From positions 806,001-860,321 of the forward strand of contig CP060761.1 in the NCBI GenBank assembly GCA_023205875.1: a stretch of 54,321 bases of DNA, written 5' to 3'. Source of the stretch: Chloropicon primus. Lineage: Eukaryota. Each line of letters opens with the position of its first letter. Positions within the stretch are counted from its first letter, which is position 1. Shown here piece by piece: positions 22,225 through 33,500 of this stretch. Below the pieces are notes generated by a model that saw only the letters and a program-made list of their open reading frames with translations, was not told the DNA's origin and did no database searches. Made by a program: the position numbers and the translations under genes.

Positions 22225-22545
22225 AACCCCACCAGAGGGCAAACTATCGAGCCAAACCACGCAACCAAGGGCTCTTCCGAAAGACCTTGAGACGTACTAT
22301 CGTTCTTATTCACTTGATGTTGCGTCTTTCGAGCTTGCAGTCCTCCACTGGATGCCAAAGTTCCTCCAATCCTGTCCTCCTCTGCTTCTCTCCTCCTCTG
22401 CTTCTCTTCCTCCACCCACCCAGGGACCAATACCGAACCAAATCACGCAACCGAGGGCTCTTTCGAAAGCCCGTGAGACGCACTATTGTTCCTCGTTCCT
22501 TCTTATCGCGTCCACTGGACCGTCCTCCCTCCACCGGACTCCAAA
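22225..22545. repeat. Degenerate intergenic tandem duplication, period ~186 bp
   Basis: AAYCACGCAACCRAGGGCTCTTYCGAAAG.CC.TGAGACGYACTATYGTTC at 22255 and 22441. Confidence 0.8.
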
Positions 22546-22858
22546 GTCTCTCTCTCGAGTTTCCAAGAATTCTGCCCAGAAGGCCAAACTCGTCGATTAA
22601 TTTTTTTTTGAAAATCTAAAGAGAAGAGAAGAGCGACGGAGGCGAGAGCGGAGGTTTGTTTGCGCAACCGGTGACGGTCGAGTGATCGAGAGAGGGGAGG
22701 AGGGAGGGGGACAGACGGAAGGATCATCGCTTCATCTTTCCATCCGTGTGAACGCGGACTCAAGCAGACGCGTGACGGGGAAACGGCAGGGACAAACACC
22801 GCATCGCATCGCATCGCATCGCATCGTATCGCATCGTATATCGTATAATTGTTTTGTG

Positions 22859-23914
22859 ATGGCGAAGGTGGGAGAAGGTGACGCGCGTTGGATTGTGAGC
22901 GATCGTGAGGACGGGACGAACGTGAACGCGTGGCATTGGCAGGAGACGGACGTCCTGTCGTGGTCTCAGAAGAGGATCACGGAAGAGTTCTTGAGGTTGA
23001 ACCTGAACGAGGACCCTCGAGGGGATTTCAAGATCACGGTGAGGGGGGAGGAGGTGAGGGCGGAGGGGGAGGCGTATGTGAACACGAGGAAGGGGAAGCT
23101 AATCGTGGGGTACGAGATGAAGGTGAGCGTCCCCTTCACGGCCTCGAGGGAGGGGAAGGACGCGGTGGAGGGGAAGGTGGAGTTCCCTTATGTCGGGGAC
23201 GAGAACGCCGACGAGGACGCCGAGCTCACGGTGAACATGGGTTCAGGGCAGGACAGGGATGTCGCGGACGCGGCCAAGAGGGAGATCCTCACGCTCCACA
23301 AGAAGAAGCTCGTGGGTGCGATGAACGACTTCGTCAAGGTCTTGTCCAAGGGAGGCCCCGCGCTCGAGAAGCAGGGACCGGGAGGGGCGTCGCCGAAAGG
23401 GACGACGGCGGCCGAGGCAGCGGCTCCGAAACCTTCTTCGGCTCCGGCAGAGAAGCCGAAAGAGAAGCCCAAGCCCAAGCCCAGCAGCGATCTCAGGGGA
23501 AAGAGCGTCGAGCTGAAAGAGGAGTTCTACTGCAGGCCCAGCGACCTCTACGAGTGCTACATGGACCCTGGGCGGGTCCAGGCGTACACCCGAAGCGAGG
23601 CGAGGATCGTGCCCAAGGCCGGCGAGGAGTTTTCGCTCTTCGGCGGATCGATCACGGGGAAGCAGGTCGAGATCGTCCCCAACGAGCGCATCGTGCAGCT
23701 GTGGAGGAACAGCTCCTGGCCTCAAGGCGTCTTGTCCCGCGTGGAGATCACCTTCAGCTCCCCCTCGGAGGGCAAGACGGTGATGAAGTTGAAGCAGACG
23801 GGGATACCCGAGGAAGATGATTATGGGAACGCCAACACGGTGGACGTGACCCTCCAGGGCTGGAGGATGCAGATATGGGGAAGGGTGAGGCAGTGCTTTG
23901 GCTACGGATGCTAG
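22859..23914 (+). CDS. AHA1: Activator of Hsp90 ATPase
   Basis: MAKVGEGDARWIVSDREDGTNVNAWHWQE, NTRKGKLI, and a C-terminal AHSA1 domain (FSLFGGSITG...IVQLWR..SWP). Confidence 0.95.
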   Translation: MAKVGEGDARWIVSDREDGTNVNAWHWQETDVLSWSQKRITEEFLRLNLNEDPRGDFKITVRGEEVRAEGEAYVNTRKGKLIVGYEMKVSVPFTASREGKDAVEGKVEFPYVGDENADEDAELTVNMGSGQDRDVADAAKREILTLHKKKLVGAMNDFVKVLSKGGPALEKQGPGGASPKGTTAAEAAAPKPSSAPAEKPKEKPKPKPSSDLRGKSVELKEEFYCRPSDLYECYMDPGRVQAYTRSEARIVPKAGEEFSLFGGSITGKQVEIVPNERIVQLWRNSSWPQGVLSRVEITFSSPSEGKTVMKLKQTGIPEEDDYGNANTVDVTLQGWRMQIWGRVRQCFGYGC

Positions 23915-24002
23915 AAAAGAAGAAGAAGAAAAGCAAAACCCAAACCCGTTTTCGCTTTTTAAAGAATTTATTGAATAATAATCATTTTTCCTGGTCCTGT
24001 CG

Positions 24003-25502
24003 TCACACGAGGATCGCTTGGAGCATCATCTTCTTCAGGGTGTCCACGTTCAATCCCGTCATTGTCGAAATCCAAAGAGCGTTCGGCACTTGCTTCAAGG
24101 CCAAGTTGTAATCGGGGTCCAGGAACTCGTGGTCCACGTGGTACTTGTCCCGCGAGTCCCGGTCCTCAATGACCCGCGCCTCCCCTCCCCACTCTGTGCT
24201 CCCCGCCCCGCCCTCGTCCTCCTTGATGGAGAACATGTCGGCCTTGGTGAAGATGTCGACCCACTTTGCTTTCATTTCCGGAAACCTCGTCATGATCTCC
24301 CTCCTGATGTCGAGCTGGTCCTTCACCGTCGTGCCGCACTCCCCCGTGAGGTCCATGACGAAGAGAACCACGAGGTTGTCAAGGTGCTCCAGCGCCGCCA
24401 TCGTCAGCCCTTCCATCTCGTTCCTCTCCTCGTCCGACCGGGAGAGGAGGCCAGGGGTGTCCGTGACCTGGTAGCGCTCCCCCGCAACATCAAAGTGCCC
24501 CATCTTGATCGTCTTGGTGGTGAAGGGATAGTTGCAAACCTCCGGCTGCCCAGACGAAAGGGAAACGACCAGGCTCGACTTGCCCACGTTCGGAGCACCG
24601 GCCAGGACGAAGGTCTCGAGCTTGGGGTCCACGAACGGCAGCCTCCGAAGCTGCTGGGCAAAGTACAGGAGCTTGTCCATGGTGGTCTCCTCCTTCTTGT
24701 AGATGTTCTCCAGGACGCCAAGGCCTTCCTCAAGCACGAGGCCGGCCTCCTTGGGGCTCTTGCACTTGGAAGCCCGGCTCGCATTTGCCTTGCCGGCGTC
24801 CAGAATCTTCTTCCTCACCCCGTTCACCCGACTCAGCAGCGCCTCGTACTTGTCCGCTCCCACGGTGAGGTGGAGCAGCGCCGCTTCGAACGGGTGCAAG
24901 CGGTCCACGGCCGGAAACCCCTTGACGTACTTGCCCAGGGGAACCGCGAGCTCCTTTGTCAGAGCGTCCAGCTTCATGGCACACGCCGAGATCTCCCTCT
25001 TGTGCTTGGACTTGACGGTCTTCGGAGGCGTCACCCTGTTCACCCTCCTCAGCGCCGAGCCCAGGTGCTCCCCGTGCGGCGCCACTTGCGGCAGCCCCTG
25101 CAGCCTCCCCGTCAGCCTCCCCCTCCCCCCCTGAAGCTCAAGCTCAAGCTCAAGCCCCTCCCCCTCCTCCTCCGCCTTCCAGTCCGACCCCTGGTGCTCC
25201 TTGACTGCAGAACACGCCACGCCCCTCCATCCCCTCGACGCCGATGCCGATGCCGAAGCCGATGCCGCTCCGCTGTTCCCCCTCCCTCCCACCGAGGGGA
25301 AGGCCAAGGCCAAGGTGAACCTTCCCTCGACTTCTCTCCTGCTTGAACTCGTCCACCCTCCCGAGGGTGCTCCTGTTCGTGTTGGTGTTGGTGTTGGTGT
25401 TGGTGTTGGGGATGAGGATGGAGTTGGTGTCCACATCGTGGTGGTCCTCGTCCACCTCCCTTGTTGCGCCCCCTGGTGCCGACACACGCGGTTGAGGTTC
25501 AT
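24003..25502 (-). CDS. NOG1-family GTP-binding protein, probably organelle-targeted
   Basis: FPAVDRLHPFE, GAPNVGKSS, PEVCNYPFTT, DTPGLL, DLTGECG and TKAD motifs. Has a transit-like N-extension and lacks the long C-terminus of nucleolar NOG1. Confidence 0.88.
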   Translation of the reverse strand: MNLNRVCRHQGAQQGRWTRTTTMWTPTPSSSPTPTPTPTPTRTGAPSGGWTSSSRREVEGRFTLALAFPSVGGRGNSGAASASASASASRGWRGVACSAVKEHQGSDWKAEEEGEGLELELELQGGRGRLTGRLQGLPQVAPHGEHLGSALRRVNRVTPPKTVKSKHKREISACAMKLDALTKELAVPLGKYVKGFPAVDRLHPFEAALLHLTVGADKYEALLSRVNGVRKKILDAGKANASRASKCKSPKEAGLVLEEGLGVLENIYKKEETTMDKLLYFAQQLRRLPFVDPKLETFVLAGAPNVGKSSLVVSLSSGQPEVCNYPFTTKTIKMGHFDVAGERYQVTDTPGLLSRSDEERNEMEGLTMAALEHLDNLVVLFVMDLTGECGTTVKDQLDIRREIMTRFPEMKAKWVDIFTKADMFSIKEDEGGAGSTEWGGEARVIEDRDSRDKYHVDHEFLDPDYNLALKQVPNALWISTMTGLNVDTLKKMMLQAILV

Positions 25503-25610
25503 CGCGTGTCAATGCCCTCCGTGACTCACGTAACTCCAGGTCTCCTCTCCTCCCGTCTCGTCTTCGTCTTGTCTTCGTCCTCTGCTCCTCCGCCTTCTGG
25601 TGCTGCAGAC

Positions 25611-25656
25611 TTTAGGTTTGGGTTTTTAGGTTTGGGTTTTTAGGTTTAGGTTTTAG
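25611..25656 (+). repeat. Interstitial telomere-like repeat
   Basis: TTTAGG TTTGGG TTTTTAGG TTTGGG TTTTTAGG TTTAGG TTTTAG, the same units as the terminal array. Confidence 0.8.
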
Positions 25657-25975
25657 AGGAGGAGGGCGGAGCGGAGGGGGAACACAAGACAACACAAGAC
25701 ATGGCAAGACATGGATGGATGGATAGGGATCGCAAGAGGTTTCTCTTCTTCTTCTTTTCTTGTGCTTCTTCTTTTCTTTCTTGCTTTTCTGGTGAGGGAC
25801 ACTGGTGTTTGGGGTGTTGGAGGACACTTCGGAGCGAGGAGACCGGTCAGGAGGACCAGAAAGAAGGAACGAGGACGGGGCTGGGCAGAAGAACACAGTC
25901 TGATGCTTGTGTATGTTACACGGTGTAATGTAATCATCTACCTAGTGTATAACCAGGCCAGGCCAGGGTTTCCCC

Positions 25976-27283
25976 TCAGTGGACGAGGTCCAAGTCCTCC
26001 AAGAGCTCCTCGATGTCTTCCGGTTCGCACGCCAAAGGCTCTTCTCCAAAGTAGCCGTGGGAGGAGAGCTCCTCGGCACTCCAACGCTCCGCCGGGTTCA
26101 GGCAAAGGAACTTGCTCATGAAATCGACGAGGGAGGGAGGCACCTGGTGCGAAAAGTGCTCACTCAGAGGAGGGGCGTCGAAATCGTCAAAGATGATCTT
26201 GCCGTAGTCGGGAAGGTTGGCAATGCCCGGCCAAGTCTCCTCGTTCGGCGTCCCAAAAGTCCTGAAGACTTTGGCCATCTGGTCGATGTCGCTCTCCCCC
26301 TTGACGAAGGGCTCCCCCCCCCTCACCAGCTCCGCAAGGGTCATCCCAAGGGACCACACGTCCACCTTCTCGTCGTAGCATCGGCTGCCGTAGAGAAGCT
26401 CGGGAGCTCGGTACCACCGCGTGGAGACGGCGTGGGTCATCGCCCCGGTCGGGCACGCCCCGTCCTCCTCCTCCTTTGCCTCCTCCTCGTAGTACCTCTT
26501 CATGGTGGCCTGCCCAAAGTCGCCCATCTTCACCTTCCCCCGGGAAGACACGAGGCAGTTGCTCGGCTTCACGTCCCTGTGGATGATCCCGTTCCTGTGG
26601 CACGCCCCCAGGCCGCTCAGGAGGTCCAGCATGACCCTCTTCAGGTAGGGCTCCCGGGCCAGGGCCAGGGGCGCCTTGTCCATCACCCGCCGGAGGTCCG
26701 AGGAGCAGTACTCGAGGGCCAGGGACAGCACCGAGTCGCTGTGCCACGCGTCTCGGATCCCAACGACGTGGTCGCTCTCCTCGCCCACCGTCCTCAGGGT
26801 GGCCGCCTCCCTCATGGCGTGGTCCAGGGTGTTGGCGTAGCAGCTCTCCTTGCTCCTCACCGCCTTTTGCAGGAACACCCGCTTGACGGCCACGAGGTCG
26901 CTCCCCTCCCGGCACTTGAGGACCTCCCCGAAGGTCCCGTGCCCCACCAGCCTCACCACCCGGTACCTCCCCTCCCTCAGCGTCCTCTCCGCCTCCACGG
27001 ACGCCTTGGGCGAGCAGGCTTCCTCCTCGTTGTCCTCCACGTCGATGTCGTCCATCGCGACCTGGTGCTTGCTCGTGTTGGTCGCACACAGCTGGAACTC
27101 CTCCAGGAGTTTGGTCCTCAGGGTCTTGGCCCTCCCCTCCCCCGAGGTCCACCTCGAGAGCCTTCCGCTGCCAACCCCCCCGGGGCTCGACCGATTCGTG
27201 GACGTCATCGTCGACCCTGCCGTCGTCGTTGCTCCGGGGCTCCCCATCATCAGACCCCTCACCTCAAGCACGTCCTCCATCAT
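25976..27283 (-). CDS. Cyclin-dependent kinase (CDK20/CCRK- or CDKF-like)
   Basis: VGHGTFGEV, VAVK, HRDVKPSN, DFGQA, THAVSTRWYRAPELLYGS, GESDIDQ and LPDYGKI. No PSTAIRE. Confidence 0.88.
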   Translation of the reverse strand: MMEDVLEVRGLMMGSPGATTTAGSTMTSTNRSSPGGVGSGRLSRWTSGEGRAKTLRTKLLEEFQLCATNTSKHQVAMDDIDVEDNEEEACSPKASVEAERTLREGRYRVVRLVGHGTFGEVLKCREGSDLVAVKRVFLQKAVRSKESCYANTLDHAMREAATLRTVGEESDHVVGIRDAWHSDSVLSLALEYCSSDLRRVMDKAPLALAREPYLKRVMLDLLSGLGACHRNGIIHRDVKPSNCLVSSRGKVKMGDFGQATMKRYYEEEAKEEEDGACPTGAMTHAVSTRWYRAPELLYGSRCYDEKVDVWSLGMTLAELVRGGEPFVKGESDIDQMAKVFRTFGTPNEETWPGIANLPDYGKIIFDDFDAPPLSEHFSHQVPPSLVDFMSKFLCLNPAERWSAEELSSHGYFGEEPLACEPEDIEELLEDLDLVH

Positions 27284-27372
27284 CTCTCTCTATCAATCTA
27301 AAATCTAAAAGGCAACACACCACACAAAGTCCAAAGTGCAAGCCCAGAACAACAAGGCAGCAAGACAGTGCG

Positions 27373-27377
<5 letters not shown>

Positions 27378-27426
<49 letters not shown>

Positions 27427-27440
27427 TTTGTTTGTTTGTT
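27378..27440. repeat. (TG)n then (TTTG)n microsatellite
   Basis: Directly visible. Confidence 0.95.
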
Positions 27441-27914
27441 TGGATAGATGTTGTGCCCCAGTCCAGTCCTTCCTCCTCCCGTGTTCTTGTTGCTTGTTCT
27501 CTTCCTAGGCTATCCTCTAGTGTCTCTGGTTTCCTCTGGTGTTTGTGTTTGTGTTTGTGTCTGTGTTCCCCTGCGGTCCCTCCCCGGGATTGCGTAAGCC
27601 AGCAGCGTACAACCCCCCTTCCTGTGTGATGATCCTATCCCAATGTTCTCGTACGATGGGTGCAAGAGTCTCCCCCCCTCCCCCCCTCCCCCTCCCCCTC
27701 ACGCCCGTCGTACAACACTAGGGCCAGGTCTCTCCTCTCCCTCGTACCCGGTCGTTAATTCGTGTACATTACACTCCTATGTACTCTCTTCTTGGCGGCG
27801 AAGGGCTTCTTCCCCCTCGTTCGTGTCAAGGTGTGTTTTGTACTCTCCACCTCCACGAGCTCCGTCAGCCTCAAACGAGCCTCAGGATAAGAAAAACAAA
27901 ACAAAACACGAGCC

Positions 27915-27958
<44 letters not shown>

Positions 27959-28192
27959 GACCACGACGACGAGGACCACGACCACGAGGAGGACGAGGTA
28001 GCAGTGGACGCACTTGGTGAGGAGGTCAGTGACGTACGGACGAGGTTGGAACACAACACAACACAACACCCAGGGAACACCCAGCACCAGGAAGGATCAG
28101 GAAGGATCAGGAAGGATCAGGAAGGAGTTCTCCCATCACAGCACAGCACGTCACATCACATCATATCATATCATATCATATCATATCATATC
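27915..28192. repeat. Simple-repeat cluster: (GAC)n 27915-27957, (CAGGAAGGAT)n ~28088-28126, (ATATC)n ~28160-28192
   Basis: Directly visible upstream of HSP70. Confidence 0.9.
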
Positions 28193-28254
28193 GATATTCC
28201 ATCCTATCCTATCATAAGTCATAAGTGACATAAGGTTAGGTTGCAGGTTGATTG

Positions 28255-30366
28255 ATGAAGTTGAGCAGTGGAACGATGAGGATGAGGTGCTCTTCGAGCA
28301 GGAGGTGTGGGTTCGTGAGGGGAGCGCACGCGGTACAAGCGAGGAGGAACAACACCAACACCAACACCAGGAGCGCCAAGGCCATGCTGAGGAGGAGGCA
28401 GAGAGGGGGACCCGTGCAGGCGAGGTGCGAGAAGGTGGTGGGGATTGACCTGGGGACCACGAACAGTGCGGTGGCGGCCATGGAGGGAGGGAAGCCGACG
28501 ATAGTGACGAACGCGGAGGGGCAGAGAACGACGCCCTCGGTCATCGCGTACACCAAGACGGGGGACCAGCTCGTGGGCCAGATCGCCAAGAGGCAGGGGG
28601 TGGTGAACCCGGACAACACCTTCTTCTCCGTCAAGAGGTTCATCGGGAGGAAGATGTCCGAGGTCGACGAGGAGCTCAAGCAGGTCCCTTACATCGTGCT
28701 CAAGGACGCCAACGGGAACGTCAAGCTCAGCTGCCCGGCCCTCGGGAAGGAGTTTGCGGCCGAGGAGCTCTCCGCTCAGGTGCTGAGGAAGCTCACGGAG
28801 GACGCCAGCAAGTTCCTGAACGACAAGGTCGACAAGGCCGTGATCACGGTGCCCGCCTACTTCAACGACTCGCAGAGGCAGGCCACCAAGGACGCCGGCA
28901 AGATCGCGGGGCTGGACGTGCTGAGGATCATCAACGAGCCCACCGCGGCCTCGCTGGCGTACGGCTTCGAGAAGAAGGCCAACGAGACCATCCTGGTCTT
29001 CGACTTGGGCGGCGGGACCTTCGACGTCTCCGTGCTGGAGGTCGGGGACGGCGTCTTCGAGGTGCTCAGCACCTCGGGGGACACCCACCTCGGGGGGGAC
29101 GACTTTGACAAGAGGATCACCGACTTCTTGGCGGACGACTTCCAGAAGAACGAGGGGATCGACCTGAGGAAGGACAGGCAGGCCCTGCAGAGACTGACGG
29201 AGGCCAGCGAGAAGGCCAAGATGGAGCTGAGCACCCTCACCCAGACCTCGATCAGCTTGCCGTTCATCACCGCCACCGCCGACGGCCCGAAGCACATCGA
29301 GAACAACCTGACCAGGGCCGGGTTCGAGGAGCTGTGCTCCGACTTGCTGGACAGGTGCAGGATCCCCGTGGAGAACGCCCTCAGGGACGCCAAGCTCGAC
29401 CTCAGCGAGATCGACGAGATCATCCTGGTCGGGGGCTCCACGAGAATTCCAGCCGTCCAGGCCCTCGTCAAGTCCCTCACCGGGAAGGACCCCAACGTGA
29501 CGGTGAACCCGGACGAGGTCGTGGCCCTCGGCGCGGCCGTCCAGGCCGGAGTCTTGGGCGGGGAGGTCAGCGACATCGTCCTGCTCGACGTCACCCCGCT
29601 TTCCCTCGGGCTCGAGACCCTCGGGGGGGTGATGACCAAGCTTATCCCCAGGAACACCACCTTGCCCACCAGCAAGAGCGAGGTGTTCTCCACCGCGGCG
29701 GACAACCAGACCTCCGTGGAGATCAACGTGTACCAGGGCGAGAGAGAGTTCGTGAGGGACAATAAGCTCTTGGGCAACTTCAGGCTCGACGGCATCCCTC
29801 CCGCGCCGAGGGGCGTGCCCCAGGTGGAGGTGAAGTTCGACATCGACGCCAACGGAATCCTCTCGGTGGAGGCCCTCGACAAGGGGACCAACAAGAAGGC
29901 CGACATCAAGATCACGGGGGCCAGCACCCTGTCCGACGACGAGGTCAACAGGATGGTGAACGAGGCCGAGAAGTTCTCCGAGGCCGACAAGCAGAAGCGC
30001 GAGGCGGTCGACGTCAGGAACCAGGCCGACAGCATGGTGTACCAGACGGAGAAGCAGCTCAACGAGCTCGCGGACAAGGTCCCCGCGGACATCAAGGAGA
30101 AGGTGGAGGCCAAGTTGAACGACCTCAAGTCCTCCCTGCAGACGGAGGACGTCGAGGCCATCAAGGCGGCCCAGGAGGCCCTGCAGCAGGAGGTGGTCCA
30201 GCTCGGCCAGGCCATCTACAGCAACACCGAGGGAGGTGACCAGGGGGCTCCAGGAGCGGGCGACGCGGGAATGGGACCCGACCCTACGGGAACCGAGAGT
30301 TCCAAGAGCGACGTGTCTGACGACGACAACGTCGTCGACGCCGAGTTCAAGGAGACCGACAATTAG
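28255..30366 (+). CDS. HSP70B: Plastid stromal HSP70 (DnaK-type)
   Basis: Transit peptide then [68 protein letters not shown], ending [11 protein letters not shown]. Confidence 0.96.
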   Translation: MKLSSGTMRMRCSSSRRCGFVRGAHAVQARRNNTNTNTRSAKAMLRRRQRGGPVQARCEKVVGIDLGTTNSAVAAMEGGKPTIVTNAEGQRTTPSVIAYTKTGDQLVGQIAKRQGVVNPDNTFFSVKRFIGRKMSEVDEELKQVPYIVLKDANGNVKLSCPALGKEFAAEELSAQVLRKLTEDASKFLNDKVDKAVITVPAYFNDSQRQATKDAGKIAGLDVLRIINEPTAASLAYGFEKKANETILVFDLGGGTFDVSVLEVGDGVFEVLSTSGDTHLGGDDFDKRITDFLADDFQKNEGIDLRKDRQALQRLTEASEKAKMELSTLTQTSISLPFITATADGPKHIENNLTRAGFEELCSDLLDRCRIPVENALRDAKLDLSEIDEIILVGGSTRIPAVQALVKSLTGKDPNVTVNPDEVVALGAAVQAGVLGGEVSDIVLLDVTPLSLGLETLGGVMTKLIPRNTTLPTSKSEVFSTAADNQTSVEINVYQGEREFVRDNKLLGNFRLDGIPPAPRGVPQVEVKFDIDANGILSVEALDKGTNKKADIKITGASTLSDDEVNRMVNEAEKFSEADKQKREAVDVRNQADSMVYQTEKQLNELADKVPADIKEKVEAKLNDLKSSLQTEDVEAIKAAQEALQQEVVQLGQAIYSNTEGGDQGAPGAGDAGMGPDPTGTESSKSDVSDDDNVVDAEFKETDN

Positions 30367-30591
30367 GCGCAGAGGACGAGAAACCCCAGACCAGAAAAAG
30401 AAAAAGAAAAGTCTATTAAACCACCAACCACAGAAGAAGCGGGCGGAGGCTTGACGGATTAGCTGTGTATTGTAAACCACCAATGTCATTTTGAAACAGA
30501 ACCACTTAGCAAGCATTTGATTCTGACAGACATGGATGAATGATGAACGATGAACTTGAACTTCTCCCCTCCCCGCCTCTCCCTCTCTCTC

Positions 30592-33500
30592 TCACAGGCA
30601 GAGTCCTTGCAGCCTCTGGAAGACCTTGTGGTACTCCTGCAAGACCTTAACGTCCGTAACGTCCCTGGTGCACTCCTGGACGAGGCCCCTCCTCTCCCAG
30701 TCCTCCTCCACGACGGCGAGGGCGGCGAGGAGGAGGGGGGCCAGCCGCCTCATCTGGACCTCGATCGACCGCACCGCCGCGGCCACCTCACCTCCCTCGC
30801 CCTCATCACGGCTGGAGAAACTCAGGGCGAAGGCCGTCACCTTGCGTGCAAACTGGATGGCGCCATCGACGTTGGCCACGGTGGAGAAAATCTCCAGGAG
30901 AACAGCGTCGCAGCACAGGCTGGTGAGGCCCTCCAACACCCCAAGCACCGCCGCCCTCGCCTCCTCGTGTTGTTTGTGGTGGTGCTGCTGTCCCTCCTCA
31001 GGCGAAGGGGTCAACTCATCCATGCGGTTCCCTATGGTGGCGGAGAGGTCCTGGAGCACTGCGCCTGCCACGTCCTTCCTGCCCGTCTCGTGGGAGTGGA
31101 GGAGGGCGAGCTTGCCGAGGGAGAAGACGCACTTCTTGATGAGGACTCCGCTTCCCTCAGTCTCCACCACCGGGAGGGCGTCGACGGCGATGGTCCTCAG
31201 AAGTTCGAGGAGGCCCTCGCAACCGTCCGCGCCAGCAAAGGCCTTGCTGGACTCCTTGGCGTGGAGGACGCACCCGAGGTAATTCACAATGCCCTCCGCG
31301 CCCTCGATGCCTGCGGGTGAAGCAGGGGCCCTCCTGCAGACCCTCTTGGCGTCCGGAGTGCCGCCCGTCCTCGCCAGGGCGCCCTGCAGGTGGGAGGCCA
31401 TCATCGCGGTGAGGTCGCTGGCGAAGCCCCACCTGCAGAGTGCCCTCAGGGCGGCCGCCACCTCCAGGCTCATCTCCTGCACTTGGCCCAGGACAAGCTC
31501 CTTGCACAGGTTGGCGACCTCGCCGCAGTGGGCGAGCGGAACCTGGGAGGCCAGGTGGATCACCGCGGCCCTCCCCCCGGATGAGGGGGCCAGCTGGTGC
31601 AGACTGTGGAGGACGGACCCCGAGTGGTCCCTGTCCAGGGCCTTGAGGGTCTCCACAAGGATCTTCTTGTCCTTGCTGCCCTCGCTCAGGAGGCTCCTCG
31701 CCAAGTTCGAGATGCCTTGCATCACGTGGCACCAGACCTGCTTCTCCAGCGCGGCGGCCTCCTGCTCCTTCTCCTCCTTGTCCCCCCTCCTGGAGCTGGA
31801 GCGCCTCTTCTTGCCCTTGGAGTTGGAGGCCGGTCCCTCCGAGGCGTACACCAGGTGGGTGACGAGCTCCCTGATGATCCTCGACACGGTGCCGGCGTCA
31901 CAGCCGGCCCTCCTGGCGTGCCTGCAGAAGCCCTTCCCGGCCTCGGGCTGCTGCTGCAGGAGGGCCATCACGAAGCTGGCGCCCTCCTCCTCGCTCGGGA
32001 TGTACGAGGACAGCAGGAGCCTGCTCACCTTTCCCCTCACTTCCTCCTCCGGGTCGGAGGCCAGGAGTCTCAGGAGCTGGGTCACCTCCACCGCCTCGTA
32101 GAAGGGCAGGACGGTCCTCACCCTCTCGTGCAGGTCCAGCAGGATGCTCAGGGAGGCAAGCCTCACCCTCTTGGCCGAGTCGCTCACCCTGAGGCCGAGC
32201 ACGGCGGGGAGGACCTTCCTCATGGCGTCCTGGGCGTGGGCGCAGTCCAGGAGGCAGCCCAGGGCCTCCACCGCCTTGCACCTCACCGCCGACGAGCACG
32301 AGTCGTGGCACAGCTCGGCGATCTTGTTGACCATGTTCTTCACGTCCGCCGCCGGGAGGGCGTCCCAGTGGCCCTTGAGGACGAAGCCCACGCTCGTGGC
32401 GGCCTGACCCCTCACCTCCACGCAGTCGTCCATCAGGAGGGATGCCATGGCGTCGATCTGCTTGGCCAGCAAGTTCTGGTTCAGCTGCTTCCACTCCTCG
32501 AGGGGCTGCCTGCTAGAACCGCCCTGGCCCCCGCCGGCGGTCTGCTGCCTGGCGTGGGTCAGGGGGAAGCACTCGGTGACGAGGCAGCAGGCGTTCCTCC
32601 TCACCTCGGCGTTCGCGGCGTTCAGGGCCCTGAAGATCAGGGGCTCGTGGGTCTTCGTGATGACCTCCTCCACCGCCACCAGCTTGGTCCTCTTCTGGTA
32701 CAGGGCAGACCTCAGCAGCCTCCTGAGCATGTCGCTGAGCTTGGGGGTCTTGGCGTGGAGGCACGAGCTCACCAGGCCGGGGAGGAGCTCCCCCTCCAGC
32801 ACCAGGAGGCACCTGGCCTCCAGCGCCATCCTCCCGCTCTCCCTCTGCCGCTCCTCTTGCCTCCTCTCCTCCTTGAGGTTCCTCCAGGCCAGGAAAAGGA
32901 TGTCCCCGTAGTGGTCCGCCAGGGACTTCCTCCCCGCCAGCAGCTGGTTCCTCACCACCGCCGTCATCTCCCTGGAGAAGGAGGGGTCCAGGCCGAAGCA
33001 CCTCGCCAGCATCTTCCTGCCGTGCGCAGTCCTCAAGAAGGGCGGGCAGAAAAGACAACGAAGCAGCATGCGCTTCAGGCTCAGGGCGCTCTCGTCGCAC
33101 CAGTCGAACAGGCTCAGCGTCTTGGCCGCGAACCGGCTGGCTCGCTTGCACCACGACCCGCCCTCCGACTCCGCCGCGTCCCCCCCCGCCGCCGTCGACC
33201 TCGTCAGGCACTGCACCAGGAGCCAAGGCAGCGTCCTGGCAGCCAGGGCGTGTCCCATGTCCTCCACCTTCCCCTTGCCCTCCCCCCACTCCTCCAGTAC
33301 CCAGCACTCGCACAGCCTCGCCACGGCGTCCTCGCAAGAGTGAACCGTGGACACGTCCGCAACAACACCTTCCTCCTCCGCTTGCTCCTCCTCCTCCACG
33401 ACCTGCGCCGCCTGCTGGAGGAGGACCTTGTTGTGCATCACCACCGCCGCCTCGTGGAGGTCGAGGAACCACTCGTCGCTCCACGACGTCCCCGTCCTCT

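Noticed and set aside
27779..28228. Poly-Asp ORF upstream of HSP70
   Set aside because: Derived from (GAC)n and other simple repeats, with no support as a gene. A 5' UTR intron ending at TTGCAG 28246 is possible but unproven.
28219..30516. 765-aa antisense ORF over HSP70
   Set aside because: Well-known shadow ORF opposite GC3-rich hsp70/dnaK genes, with no independent motifs.
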